Source: a bacterium
GTDB taxonomy: Bacteria > Electryoneota > Electryoneia > Electryoneales > Electryoneaceae
Reading direction: 5' to 3'
DNA length: 64,000 nucleotides
NCBI GenBank assembly: GCA_963675295.2
Contig: CAXXKJ010000001.1
Span: 128,001 to 192,000 of the forward strand
The notes under the pieces are model-generated. The model was not told where the DNA came from and made no database searches. It saw only the letters and a list, made by a program, of their open reading frames with translations. The position numbers and the translations under genes were made by a program. The first letter of the stretch is position 1. Each line of letters opens with the position of its first letter. Positions 8,971 through 20,300 of the stretch are shown here, piece after piece.

Positions 8971-11436
8971 ATGCGGATCAGATTGACTTCTTCATGGATC
9001 ATCGTCACGCTTGCAGCGCTGCTGCTGATCGTGGCCGGCTGCGAACGCGAAAGCGATGTGACCAATCCGGCAACCTCGCCGGACGACGCCGACGTTTTTC
9101 TCGACGAGTTCGGTGACAATGTAACCTTCCAGGCGTTCGCTGGCTCGAAGCTGGATGCGCTCGACACTGACGCCTCGGTCGTGCATAGCGGCACACAATC
9201 CCTGATTATCACTGTCCCCGATGAGGGCAACGCCGCCGGAACCTTCGCCGGCGGGGCGTTTACCACCTCGATCGCACGTGACTTGAGCGGTTATGACGCC
9301 GTCACCTTCTGGGCGAAAGCCAGCACTCCGGCGACGCTGAACGTAGTCGGTCTTGGCAACGACAACACCGGCACCTCGTTGTACATGGCGGAGATGTACA
9401 ACCTTGAGTTGACGACCTCCTGGACCAAGTTCATCGTTCCGATTCCGTTGCCGGAGAAACTGGAGGCGGAACAGGGGCTGTTCTACTTCGCCGAAGGGCC
9501 GGAGGACGGCCAGGGCTACCAGTTCTGGATTGATGATCTGCAGTTCGAAGCGATAGAGCTCAACACTCCGCAGCCGGATATCGGCACCGAGACGGTCGAA
9601 GCCGAGATCGGCGAAGAAATTGTCGTCGATATGGCGACCGTGACCTACAACATCGGTGGGAACGACTACATCCTCTGGGCGCAGCAGAACTACTTCAGCT
9701 TCGCCTCGTCCAACACGAACGCGGTGGAAGTCGCGGAGGACGGCACGATTACCGCCGTTGGCCTCGGCACGGCGACAATCACGGCGGAACTGGGGTCCGT
9801 TGATGCGGACGGCCAGATCACGGTCACCGTCGGCGAAGGTCCGGACCTGCCGGGTGAACCGGCACCGACTCCGACGCAGGACGCCGGAGATGTCATCTCC
9901 ATCTTCAGCAACGCATACACCAACGCCAGTGTCGACTCCTGGTCGGCTGACTGGGATGTGGCGGAGTATGCCGACCTGCAGATCGATGGCGACGATGTCA
10001 AGCAATACACTGACCTGGTGTACGCCGGAATCGACTTCTCCTCGGTGCCGATCAACGCCAGCGGGATGACCCATTTCTACATGAACCTGTGGACGCCGGT
10101 TACGGTGGATGCGTCTACCCAGTTCAAGATCAAGCTGGTCGATTTCGGCGCGGATGGGGTGTATCAGGGCGGCGACGACGTCGAATCCGAATTGACCTTC
10201 ACCACTACCAGCAGCCCGGCGCTGGTGTCCGGATCGTGGATCAAGTTCGACATTCCGCTGGTCAACTTCAGCGGCCTGGCCACGACTGAACACGTCGCTC
10301 AGCTGATCATCTCCGGCGGGAATCTGCCGACGGTGTACGTGGACAACATCTTCTTCTACGACAGCGGCCAGATCATCACCGATCCCGAGCCGACCACACC
10401 GGCGCCAACCCCGACGCACGATGCCGGCGACGTCATCTCCCTGTTCAGTAATGCGTATGACGACGTGACCGTCGATACCTGGTCGGCCGACTGGGATGAA
10501 GCTGAGCTGGAAGACGTGCAGATCGCCGGAAATGACACGAAGAAGTACACCGGCCTGACCGTCGCCGGAATCGAGTTCACATCGGAAACGATTGACGCGT
10601 CCGAAATGACATACTTCCACATGGATTTCTGGACGCCGGACGCGACCTCGGATCCTGCCGCGTTCAAGATCAAGCTGGTCGATTTCGGTGCGGACGGTGC
10701 CTGGGGCGGCGATGATGACGTCGAGCACGAACTCACCTTTACCGCGAACACCGACCCGGCGCTGGAAACCACCAACTGGGTCAGCTTCGACATTCCGTTG
10801 CAGGATTTCGCCGGCCTCACCACCACTGGCCACCTGGCGCAGTTGATCCTCTCCGGTGACCCGAACACGGTATACATCGACAACGTCTATTTCCACGGCG
10901 GCGAAGTGATTCCGGATCCGGAACCAACCGAGGCTGCACCGGCACCGACCTACCCGGCGGCAAACGTGATCTCGCTGTTCTGCGATGAATACACGAACGT
11001 GCCCGTTTCCACCTGGTCGGCGGAGTGGGATGAGGCGTTCTTCGAAGATGTCCAGATCGCCGGCAACGACACGAAGAAGTATTCGATTTCCGTCTACGCC
11101 GGGATCGAGTTCCTCGATCCGACGATCGACGCGTCCGGGATGACGCACTTCCGGATGGACATCTGGACGCCGGACGATACAGCGGACCCGGCGATATTCA
11201 AAATCAAGCTGGTCGATTTCGGCGCGAACGGCGTGTGGTCGGGCGGTGACGACGTCGAGCATGAGCTCACCTACACCGCGTCCACCACGCCTGGACTGGT
11301 CACGGGATCGTGGATCACCTTCGATATCCCGCTGTCGGAGTTTACCGGGCTCGTGACAAGCGAACACATGGCTCAATTGGTTATCTCTGGGGACCTGAGT
11401 ACGGTGTATGTCGACAACGTCCTCTTCCACAACTAG
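8971..11436 (+). CDS. Surface glycan-binding lipoprotein: galactose-binding-like domain, Big_2 Ig domain, 3 CBM-like repeats
   Basis: Start ATG 8971 after GGAGG; lipobox IVAGC; RDLSGYDAVTFWAKAS; SSNTNAVEVAEDGTITAVGLGTATITAEL; three repeats as in 4169. Confidence 0.8.
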   Translation: MRIRLTSSWIIVTLAALLLIVAGCERESDVTNPATSPDDADVFLDEFGDNVTFQAFAGSKLDALDTDASVVHSGTQSLIITVPDEGNAAGTFAGGAFTTSIARDLSGYDAVTFWAKASTPATLNVVGLGNDNTGTSLYMAEMYNLELTTSWTKFIVPIPLPEKLEAEQGLFYFAEGPEDGQGYQFWIDDLQFEAIELNTPQPDIGTETVEAEIGEEIVVDMATVTYNIGGNDYILWAQQNYFSFASSNTNAVEVAEDGTITAVGLGTATITAELGSVDADGQITVTVGEGPDLPGEPAPTPTQDAGDVISIFSNAYTNASVDSWSADWDVAEYADLQIDGDDVKQYTDLVYAGIDFSSVPINASGMTHFYMNLWTPVTVDASTQFKIKLVDFGADGVYQGGDDVESELTFTTTSSPALVSGSWIKFDIPLVNFSGLATTEHVAQLIISGGNLPTVYVDNIFFYDSGQIITDPEPTTPAPTPTHDAGDVISLFSNAYDDVTVDTWSADWDEAELEDVQIAGNDTKKYTGLTVAGIEFTSETIDASEMTYFHMDFWTPDATSDPAAFKIKLVDFGADGAWGGDDDVEHELTFTANTDPALETTNWVSFDIPLQDFAGLTTTGHLAQLILSGDPNTVYIDNVYFHGGEVIPDPEPTEAAPAPTYPAANVISLFCDEYTNVPVSTWSAEWDEAFFEDVQIAGNDTKKYSISVYAGIEFLDPTIDASGMTHFRMDIWTPDDTADPAIFKIKLVDFGANGVWSGGDDVEHELTYTASTTPGLVTGSWITFDIPLSEFTGLVTSEHMAQLVISGDLSTVYVDNVLFHN

Positions 11437-11453
11437 CAGAGGTTGACCCGGTC

Positions 11454-12692
11454 ATGGCCAAGCCGACGAATGGAAACGGGAAACGGTCGCGTGATGTGCT
11501 GACGCGGAACCGTCCCCTCGCGGAATCGGTGCTGCGTTTCATCTGGAAGGAAAAGCAGACCACGCGGGCGTACATCGCGAAGACGATGGAGTTGTCACGC
11601 TCGACAGCGTCCGAGATCGTGGACATGCTGCTGAAAACAGGCCTGATTGCAGAGGTCGGCGCGGGACGGTCGTCCGGCGGACGGAGGCCGATTGTGCTCG
11701 AGTTTCAGGACAACGCGTGCAGCCTGCTCGGTGTCGATGTCGGCGCGACACACGTGTCCGTTGCCATGACCAACCTGCGCGGCAAGGTGCTGAAGTGGAA
11801 GGAAAAGCGCCACCCGGTACGCACCGACCCGACGGGCACCCGCCAGCTGGTGATCGACATGTGCGACGATATCGTCGAGTCGATGAAAGGCGTCGCCAAA
11901 CCAGTCGTGCGGATCGGTGTCGCGGTGCCGAGCCCGGTTGATCCGTTGAACCCGGAATGGATCTCCGAGACCGTTATCCCGGCGTGGCAGGGCGAGAGTG
12001 GTCTAGCGGAGCTGCGGGAACGGTACGCGGTTCCGGTGCACATCGATAACGACGCGAACCTTGGCGCACTGGCCGAGATGTGGTGGGGCGCGGGACGGAA
12101 TGTCAGCGACTTCGTTTACATCAAGATCGCACACGGTATCGGTGCCGGGTACATCCTCAACGGTCAGATCTACCGTGGCGCACGCGGTGTCGCCGGCGAA
12201 ATGGGCCACCTGCCGATCGACCCGAGCGGCAGAAAATGTGTCTGCGGAATGCATGGCTGCCTGGCGACGTTCGTCAGCGCGCCGTCACTGGCCGAACGTG
12301 TCGTCGAGCTGCTGCCGCAGTATCCGAACAGCCTGCTCGGCCAGGTCGAACGGCGGATCTCGACCATCGTTGATGCCGCCCTGCAGGACGATCCGCTTGC
12401 AAACCAGGTCGTCGCAGAAGTCTCGGACTACCTCAGCATTGCGATCACCGGCCTGTTCAACATGATCAACCCGAAGCTGGTCATTCTCGGCGGCGGATTG
12501 GCACGGCTGGACGAAAAACTGCTCAAGCCGATGCGGGAGAAGGTGCACAGCAGCATCCTTGTCAGCTCAGCAGCCGCCGACATTCGCTCCGGCGAACTCG
12601 GGTCGCAGACCATCGCGCTCGGCGCGGCCACCTTCGCGCTGGAAGCACTGATTACCGACCCTGAACTGTACCGAAACGGAGAGCACGGCTGA
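11454..12692 (+). CDS. ROK family transcriptional repressor (XylR/NagC-like)
   Basis: N-terminal HTH with SSGGRRP; IDNDANLGALAE, GIGAG, AGEMGH, CVCGMHGCL. Start ATG 11454 lies just after the upstream stop. Confidence 0.93.
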   Translation: MAKPTNGNGKRSRDVLTRNRPLAESVLRFIWKEKQTTRAYIAKTMELSRSTASEIVDMLLKTGLIAEVGAGRSSGGRRPIVLEFQDNACSLLGVDVGATHVSVAMTNLRGKVLKWKEKRHPVRTDPTGTRQLVIDMCDDIVESMKGVAKPVVRIGVAVPSPVDPLNPEWISETVIPAWQGESGLAELRERYAVPVHIDNDANLGALAEMWWGAGRNVSDFVYIKIAHGIGAGYILNGQIYRGARGVAGEMGHLPIDPSGRKCVCGMHGCLATFVSAPSLAERVVELLPQYPNSLLGQVERRISTIVDAALQDDPLANQVVAEVSDYLSIAITGLFNMINPKLVILGGGLARLDEKLLKPMREKVHSSILVSSAAADIRSGELGSQTIALGAATFALEALITDPELYRNGEHG

Positions 12693-13507
12693 TGATTTCA
12701 CGCTACGAGCGGCTGACGTTAACCCTGCTGATTGTAATGCTGATGAATACTACCGGCTGCACCACACCGACCGGCACCGACGGCGACACGTGGGAACTCG
12801 CGTGGCAGGACGAATTCGACGGCGACGCGGGTCAACTCCCGGACGCGTCCAAGTGGGGCTACGATATCGGCACCGACTGGGGCAACGCCCAGCTCGAGTG
12901 GGATACCGACCGGCCGGAGAATGTTTCGCTGGACGGCAACGGCAACCTCGCCATCACCGCCCGGAAGGAAAGCTACGAGGGGCAGAACTACACCTCGGCG
13001 CGGATCGTCACCCGTGGCCTGTTCACGATGAACACCGGCCGTATCGAAGCACGGATCAAGCTGCCGATCGGCGCGGGTATCTGGCCCGCTTTCTGGCTGC
13101 TTGGCGCAAACATCAACGAAGTCAGCTGGCCGCAGTGCGGCGAGATTGACATCATGGAATACCGAGGGCAGGAGCCGAACATCGTACACGGCAGCCTGCA
13201 CGGCCCGGGCTATTCCGCCGGGGACGCGTTCACCAACCGCTACGTGCTGAACAGCGGTACCTTCAACGACGATTTCCACACCTTCCGCGTGGACTGGTCG
13301 GATGACTACATCCGCTGGTTCATCGACGACATCCTGTACCAGACGATTACCATCGATCAGGTACGCGCGAAAGGCGAGTGGGTGTTCGATCATCCCTTCT
13401 ACATCATCCTGAACATCGCTGTCGGCGGTGGGTTTGTGGGACCGCCGAATGCCAGCACCGAGTTTCCGCAGACGATGCTGATCGACTGGGTGAGGGTGTA
13501 CCAGTAA
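12692..13507 (+). CDS. GH16 endo-beta-1,3-glucanase (laminarinase), probable lipoprotein
   Basis: WQDEFDG, YTSARI, GIWPAFWLLG, WPQCGEIDIMEY, PFYIILNIAVGG; TTGC lipobox-like. Confidence 0.93.
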   Translation: MISRYERLTLTLLIVMLMNTTGCTTPTGTDGDTWELAWQDEFDGDAGQLPDASKWGYDIGTDWGNAQLEWDTDRPENVSLDGNGNLAITARKESYEGQNYTSARIVTRGLFTMNTGRIEARIKLPIGAGIWPAFWLLGANINEVSWPQCGEIDIMEYRGQEPNIVHGSLHGPGYSAGDAFTNRYVLNSGTFNDDFHTFRVDWSDDYIRWFIDDILYQTITIDQVRAKGEWVFDHPFYIILNIAVGGGFVGPPNASTEFPQTMLIDWVRVYQ

Positions 13508-13543
13508 TCCGACACTTGGATCAACCTGCTTCGTGAGCCGTGC

Positions 13544-14992
13544 ATGGCCGCTGCCCAGTACACAACCGCACCCGAAGACCGCATTTCGATGGGTCACCGC
13601 CTGATCTACGGGCTCGGCGGGTTTGTCAACAACCTGCTCGCCGCGGCCAGTGGCGGGATGATGATCGTGCTCAACCTCGGGCTCGGGATGAATCCGGCGC
13701 TGGTCGGGCTGCTTGGCGCACTGCCACGTCTCACCGACGCGCTCACCGATCCGTTGATGGGCTACATCTCCGATAACACCAGCACACGTTGGGGACGGCG
13801 CCGGCCTTACATCTTCTGGGGTGCCATCGCGGCGGGTATTATCTTCGCCCTCCTGTGGCAATTGCCACACGACAAGAGCGAAACCTTCTATTTCGTCTGG
13901 TTCCTCGTCGGTTCCATCCTGTTCTACATGGGTTACACCGTGTTCGCGACGCCGTGGGTCGCGCTCGGCTACGAACTGACCCCCGATTACCACGAACGCA
14001 CCCGGCTGATGGGCACGCAGAACTTCATCAGCCAACTCGCGTATGTCGTGTCGCCGTGGTTCCTCTGGATCATGACCTACGAAGGCTTTTTCGAGGACCA
14101 GGTTACCGGCGCGGCGGGACTGGCGATCATCATCGCGGTGTTCACCATCGGCGTCGGTATCCTCCCGGCGATCATCCTGCGTGAACGGTTCAAGGAAGCG
14201 TCACTGAACGGTGAGACCAACGCGATCGCACCGAAGTCGATCCTCGCGAACCTGGTGGAATTCTTCAAGGGATTCGGCACCACGCTGAAGTCCGGCCCGT
14301 TCCTCAAGCTCGGCCTCGCCACCTTCCTCGTGTTCAATGGCTTCATCCTGATCTCGGCGTTCGCGTCGTACGTGATCATCTACTACGTCGCGGGCGGCGA
14401 TCAGAACCTCGGCGCGAAGTATGCCGGTTACGCCGGGACTGTCGGCGCGGCGGGCACGTTCCTGATCATTCCACTCATCACCTGGCTGGCGACGAAGATT
14501 GGCAAACGCCGGGCGTTCTTCGTCTCGACCGGCCTCTCGATCATCGGTTACGCGCTCAAGTGGGTATGCTACACCCCGGAGAATCCGTGGCTGACCCTCG
14601 TCCCGGCGCCGTTCCTGTCCTTCAGCCTCGGCGGGCTGTTCACGCTGATGCCGTCGATGGTGGCGGACGTGGTCGATCTGGACGAGCTGAAAACGCACAA
14701 ACGCCGCGAAGGGATGTACGGCTCGATCTTCTGGTGGGTGGTCAAGCTCGGCATGGCGGCGGCGCTGGCCGGCGGTGGCTACCTGTTGAACTGGACCGGA
14801 TTCGACGTCGAACTCGGCGGCAATCAGTCCGACCGCGCGCTCACCCTGATGCGCCTCGCCGACATGCTGATCCCGATTGTCACTTCACTGATCGCGATCT
14901 GGGCGGTGTGGACGTTCCCGATCACCGAGGAGAAGGCGCACGAGGTCCGGATGGAACTCGAACGCAGACGTGGAAAACCCGGCGAAGCTTGA
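13544..14992 (+). CDS. MFS glycoside-pentoside-hexuronide (GPH) cation symporter
   Basis: DALTDPLMGYISDNTSTRWGRRRPY, ELTPDYHERT, ADVVDLDELKTHKRREG; about 12 hydrophobic segments. Confidence 0.92.
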   Translation: MAAAQYTTAPEDRISMGHRLIYGLGGFVNNLLAAASGGMMIVLNLGLGMNPALVGLLGALPRLTDALTDPLMGYISDNTSTRWGRRRPYIFWGAIAAGIIFALLWQLPHDKSETFYFVWFLVGSILFYMGYTVFATPWVALGYELTPDYHERTRLMGTQNFISQLAYVVSPWFLWIMTYEGFFEDQVTGAAGLAIIIAVFTIGVGILPAIILRERFKEASLNGETNAIAPKSILANLVEFFKGFGTTLKSGPFLKLGLATFLVFNGFILISAFASYVIIYYVAGGDQNLGAKYAGYAGTVGAAGTFLIIPLITWLATKIGKRRAFFVSTGLSIIGYALKWVCYTPENPWLTLVPAPFLSFSLGGLFTLMPSMVADVVDLDELKTHKRREGMYGSIFWWVVKLGMAAALAGGGYLLNWTGFDVELGGNQSDRALTLMRLADMLIPIVTSLIAIWAVWTFPITEEKAHEVRMELERRRGKPGEA

Positions 14993-15014
14993 TCGTTGGA
15001 ATTCAAGCAGCAAC

Positions 15015-15050
15015 GCGAATGCCCACCATCCTCGGACAGTGGGCATTCGC
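15015..15050. terminator. Hairpin between convergent genes
   Basis: GCGAATGCCCAC...GTGGGCATTCGC, 12-bp perfect stem. Confidence 0.6.
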
Positions 15051-15088
15051 TGTATGTGAAATGCTCCGCGCTTGTACCTTCAGAGCGA

Positions 15089-17305
15089 TTACGCCATAAG
15101 CTCAAACTCCGCACCCAGATTCGCCGTCGAATCGCCACCGATCCAGACATCAAACCAGCCCGGTTCCGCTTTGAGCCGCATGTCGCGTCCGTAAAACGCG
15201 AGGTCTTCCCTACTCAACTCAAACCGCACCCGTTTCGTCTCGCCCGGCTGCAACCGGACACGCTGGAAACCCTTCAGCTCGCGCACCGGACGTGTCACAC
15301 TGCCGGCCCGATCCCGTACATACAACTGCACCACTTCGGTGCCTTCGCGGGTGCCGATGTTCGTCACCTCCGCCGATACTGCAACCGTCTCGCCCAGCAT
15401 AATCTGATCCGACTCAACCCGGATCGCGTCATACCGGAAACGGGTATAGCTCAGCCCGTACCCGAATGGCCACATCGGTGACGGATCGACATCGAGATGG
15501 AACGACGTATTCCCGAACGAGTGCTGCGACGCACCCTGCTCGATCTCGTCAATGTGACGCACCGACTCCGGTGTCGCGGGACGGCCGGTGTTTTTCTGCG
15601 AATAATAGATCGGGATCTGGCCGGTGACGCGGGGGAACGTCACCGTCAGCTTCCCGACCGGTTCTTCGCGGCCAAACAGCAGGTCAACAATCGCCGGGCC
15701 CGCCATCGTGCCCGGATGCCATGCGTACAGGATCGCATCCACCGACCCAGCGACATCTTGCAACGCCAATGGCCGGCCGGCCATCACGACCAGCACCACC
15801 GGCGTGCCAACCTTCGCGAGCTCATGAATCAGCTCAGCCTGATTGCCCGGCAAGCCGATATCCGCACGTGAATGCGCTTCGCCGCTGAGGATCGACTCTT
15901 CGCCGAGGAACAGCAGTACCACATCCGATTGCCGTGCAGCGGCAATCGCCTCGTCGAAGCCGTCCCGCGAACGGCTGCGAGTCGTCTCCAGCGCTCGAAC
16001 ATGGTTGATCGTGATCCGATCGCCCGCAACCTCGCGCAACGCCTGCAACGGGGTCTGGCTCAGCGCCGGGTCACCGTCAAAGACCCACGTGCCCAGCTGT
16101 TCGTAGCCATCGTCCGCGAGCGGACCAATCACCGCGACCGACTTGACCGCGTCGGGTGACAACGGCAGCAGCCAGTCCTGATTCTTCAGCAAGACACAGC
16201 TTTCCAGCGCTGCCTGTTTCGCCAGGCCCAACGCGTCCGGGCTGCCCGGCTTCGGCACATCAACCGGGATCGTAGTGCGTTCGTCGAACAGTCCGAGCGC
16301 AAATTTCACACGCAGGACATTGGCAACCATCGCGTCGATCTGGGCGATGGTCAATCGGCCTTCGTCAACCAGGTCCGCGAGATGGTCGGCGTAGGTCCGG
16401 CTCGCCATCTCCATGTCCACACCGGCGGACGCCGCCGCGAGGGCGGATGCCTTGTCGCCATCGGTCAGGCCGTGAACCGCCAACTGCGGGATTGATTCCC
16501 AGTCGCTGACCACCATGCCGTTGTAGCCCCACTCCTCGCGCAGGATTTTGCGCAGCAGAAAATCGTTCGCACTGGCGGGGATACCGTCCAGGTCGCTGAA
16601 CGAGGTCATGAAGGTTGCGACACCCGCGTCCGCCGCCGCCTTGAACGGTGGCAGGTGGACGTTGCGCAGCTCGTTTTCCGGGATGTTTGTCGTGTTGTAG
16701 TCGCGTCCGCTCTCGCTTGCACCATAGCCGGCGAAGTGCTTTGCGCACGCCGCGACTGAGGCCGGGTCAGACAGGTCATCACCCTGGAAGCCTTCGATCA
16801 TCGCTTGTCCATACAACGCGGCCAGCCACGGGTCTTCACCGAACGTTTCGGCAACACGGCCCCAGCGTGGATCGCGGCCGATGTCCAGCATCGGGGCGTA
16901 GGTCCAGTTGACACCGGCCGCGACCGCCTCGCGCGCGGCGATCCGCGCCGTGTCGCGCACGATGTCCGGGTTCCAGCTCGCCGCCAATCCGAGGGGGATT
17001 GGGAAGACGGTCTTGAAGCCGTGAATCACGTCGCGCCCGACCAGTAACGGAATCCCGAGCCGGCTGTCCTCACGCGCGATCCGTTGAAACTCACGGATCT
17101 GTTCCGCGCCGACTTCGTTGAGAATGCCGCCGATTTCGCCCGCGGCAATCTGGCTGTTGAACACGTCCGCCTGCTCCGGTCCGGGCGTGTTCATCACGTT
17201 CAGCTGACCGATCTTCTCCGCCAGTGTCATCCGGCTGATCAGCTCCGCGATCCGTTGCTCCAGCGTGGGCGCGACTGGTGTAAGTGTATCTGGTTCCCGT
17301 GCCAC
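15089..17305 (-). CDS. bglX: GH3 beta-glucosidase (BglX-like)
   Basis: DVIHG, RDPRWGR, CAKHFAGYG, VVSDW nucleophile, SGEAHSR, PFGYGLSYT, FnIII ELKGF. A GTG start at 17305 after GGAG avoids overlap with the upstream gene. Confidence 0.93.
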   Translation of the reverse strand: MAREPDTLTPVAPTLEQRIAELISRMTLAEKIGQLNVMNTPGPEQADVFNSQIAAGEIGGILNEVGAEQIREFQRIAREDSRLGIPLLVGRDVIHGFKTVFPIPLGLAASWNPDIVRDTARIAAREAVAAGVNWTYAPMLDIGRDPRWGRVAETFGEDPWLAALYGQAMIEGFQGDDLSDPASVAACAKHFAGYGASESGRDYNTTNIPENELRNVHLPPFKAAADAGVATFMTSFSDLDGIPASANDFLLRKILREEWGYNGMVVSDWESIPQLAVHGLTDGDKASALAAASAGVDMEMASRTYADHLADLVDEGRLTIAQIDAMVANVLRVKFALGLFDERTTIPVDVPKPGSPDALGLAKQAALESCVLLKNQDWLLPLSPDAVKSVAVIGPLADDGYEQLGTWVFDGDPALSQTPLQALREVAGDRITINHVRALETTRSRSRDGFDEAIAAARQSDVVLLFLGEESILSGEAHSRADIGLPGNQAELIHELAKVGTPVVLVVMAGRPLALQDVAGSVDAILYAWHPGTMAGPAIVDLLFGREEPVGKLTVTFPRVTGQIPIYYSQKNTGRPATPESVRHIDEIEQGASQHSFGNTSFHLDVDPSPMWPFGYGLSYTRFRYDAIRVESDQIMLGETVAVSAEVTNIGTREGTEVVQLYVRDRAGSVTRPVRELKGFQRVRLQPGETKRVRFELSREDLAFYGRDMRLKAEPGWFDVWIGGDSTANLGAEFELMA

Positions 17306-17325
17306 AAATACTCCGTGCTGCTCGT

Positions 17326-20300
17326 CTAGTTTCCGATGGTGAGACTCAGGTACGTGCGAATCTCCCACTCGCTGCCCTGTGACAGGCCCGGTGTTTCGGT
17401 GTCGCAGGTTACATTGCCGCTGGCGTCAACGATCGTCGCCGGGCAATACCGCGGCGAATACTGGTCGAGTGACCGCCACGTAACCCGCACGCCAAACCGT
17501 GTCTGCGGCTCGTCAAACCACTCCGGCATCCCGACGAACGTCGACACATCACCCACCAATTGCAGCGGATACGTCAGGTTGAAGTCCTTGTGGTAATCGT
17601 ACGGACCCCAGTCATTCACTTTCGCGGACGCGATGAACTTGAACGAATCCAGAATCAACCGCACGTCGCCACCGTACCGTTCGACCAGCCGGGGATCATT
17701 GCCGTTCGGCTCGCCGGTGCCGACAAATACGTTGGTCACCAGTCCGAAGCCCGGCCACGCTTTCGACACCATCCGGGAATACACTTCCCACAGGTCACGC
17801 GCGGGCGTGGCGCCCGGGAAGGCGAATGATGTAACTCCATCCTCAAGGATGCCGATCGCCGCGTCCTGCGTCGTCGGGTGATGCTTGAAGACAAAGCCGA
17901 GGTTGCCGGCAAACGCGGCATCTTCGCGCAGGTCGTTGTCCCAGTCGTACATCCAGGTCGCCGGGGTTGGGTCATAGGTCAGCAGGATTTCGCCTGCGGT
18001 CGTCTCACGGTTGGCCCGCACCGCGAACGCGTCGTCGAGGATGTTGCGCGGACGTCCCGGAGTGGGCACATCGCCCGGGATCGGCCCGACAATCGGCTTC
18101 TGCCAGAGGAAGTTCGGCGCGATGGTCCAGTTGCCGATCATGTAGGTGAAGCCGGTGATCACGTTGTTCTGGTTCCCGCTGCCGGAATCGGCCAGCCGCC
18201 AGCCGGTGAAGGTCTGCACCGCCGTCGGACCTCCATCTGCCACCAGCCCCATCGAGGCGGCCTGCAGGTACCAGTTCCAACGGCCATACGAGAACGTGAA
18301 CTTGACCTTGCCGCCGAAAGTGTCTGTATCCTTGATCTCGTCCTGCAACACGGTGTAGTTGCCGGAAGACCCTTCGACGAACTGGAAGGAGTCGCCGATT
18401 CGTTCGCGCCCACCGACGATCCCACCGATCTGAATTCCGAACGGACCCTTTTCCGTCTCGAGCGCCAGGGTCACCTTCTCCGTCGAGGGGGACGGGATCG
18501 CGATGGAACTGACCGCCGCGTCACGCTGCTCGAGGTCGCGCTGGTATACTGCCGATGCCAGCACCGGGCCAATATCATACTGATACTTCGCCAGCACCGC
18601 CGGGTTCGCACCCCACCACAACTGCGGACCGAATGCCAACACCAGGTTGTTCAACGCACGCTTGCCAGCCACCTCGAAACCAACCGGCGCCTCACCGTTG
18701 TAGATGTCGATGTTCTCGCCGTAATTCGCCTCACGGTACAGGCCGAAGAAGTCGCCCTCATACCCCCAGTGATAATGCCCGGTGCGGTAGAACCCGTCCA
18801 GATTGAACCAGTGATCCTCCCAGTGGATGCTCGCCTGGTACAGTTTCACCCGCTCGACGTCGGTCAACTCTTTGGTGCCGGAGGTGGTTTGTACCGTCAC
18901 CGGACGGCCGCGATTCTCGTAGAAGATCTCGTCGATCGGGTTGGTCGGCACGTTGCCGAGGATGTTAAGCGTCGCATATCCGGTTACGTTGTCCGCCGGA
19001 GTCGCCTCGAACGTGGTGTACACCGACTGCATGTGATCGAAGCCGAGGAACGCGGGGTAGGTATCGCTGGTCGACGACGGCTGGTCCGGTGTGCTGATGT
19101 TCGTCCCGCCGGTGCTGTACGTTTCCATATCGACCCGTAAGCCGCTCAACCGTACCCGGCGCAGGGTTTCCGTCTGTAGCGCGGCCTTGTCGGAACGCGC
19201 CTCGAGCGTCGCGCCGAGCGGATTGATATTCGCGAAATGCGCGTTGATCTCCGCCAGACCGACCTCCGGCGCGTACGGGTTCAGCTCATGCGCCTGCTTC
19301 AACGCATAGTACGCCGCGCGCGGATACAGCTGGTAAATCCCCGCGCTGTTCGGCATGCCCTTGGCGCAAATACCCCACCACTCCTCATTCATGTTGTTTT
19401 CGCCCGGAATGAAGTCGTCGGGGTAGCCGTCGTTGGGCCAGGACGCGTTGATATCATGCACTTCCAGGTTGCTGGTCTGCTCGAATTTCCACCAGCCGTC
19501 GCTGAACTGGAAAGTCATCCCGCCGATGGAGTTGTCCGCGAGGCCGTGCCCGGCGGCGTTCGCGTAAATCTCCCGCCACTGGCTGATCAGGTACCGTGCC
19601 TGCATCTGTTGATCTTCGCTCAACGTTTTCGCGTTGAACGCGTCCGAACCGAACTCGGTGAACACAATCGGCACACCCAGCTTCTCCTTGACCACCTCAA
19701 ATGCGTCACGGAAGGAATACCCGCGGTACATGTTGGTGCCGAAAATGTCGAGGTTGCCCGCCTCGGACGCGATCAGGTCGATGTACTGCACGTCCCCGTT
19801 GGCGATGGCGACGGGACGCATGTCGTCGATGCCGTGAATCGCGTCGATGATCTCACCGTACAGGGAATAGAGGTAACGCGCGCGGGCGGTGTCACGTTCG
19901 CCTTCCGGCAACGCTTCGGTCTCGGCCGAGGACCACGTCAGCCCATAGTTGTTCTCGTTGCCGAGCAGCCACATCAGGATGCCGGGCGTGTCCCGATACT
20001 GTTCGACCAGGCCGGTGATCTCGTCCTTGAGCGAGGCACGGGTCAGCTCGTCCGAATAGTCTGTGCTCGGGATGTACAAGCCGTCAATCGTGACACCATA
20101 CCGGCCCATCGGATGGTTCAGCACGGTGTAAATGCCGTAGGTCTCGTAAATGTACTGCACCCACTCGGGTGGGACACCGACATACTGCCGGATCACATTC
20201 ACGCCCATGTTCTTCAGCAGCAGCATCTCACCGTGCAACGCCTCCCGGATCACCTCTTCCGGTTGATTCCACAAGGCGTAGTTGTAGTTGTCGCCGATCG

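Noticed and set aside
8992-11430. Long antisense ORFs (also 672-1787, 4067-6019, 20845-23541, 45469-47157, 56872-59085, 59625-61991)
   Set aside because: They shadow well-supported genes on the opposite strand, lack motifs, and are expected from strong GC3 codon bias.
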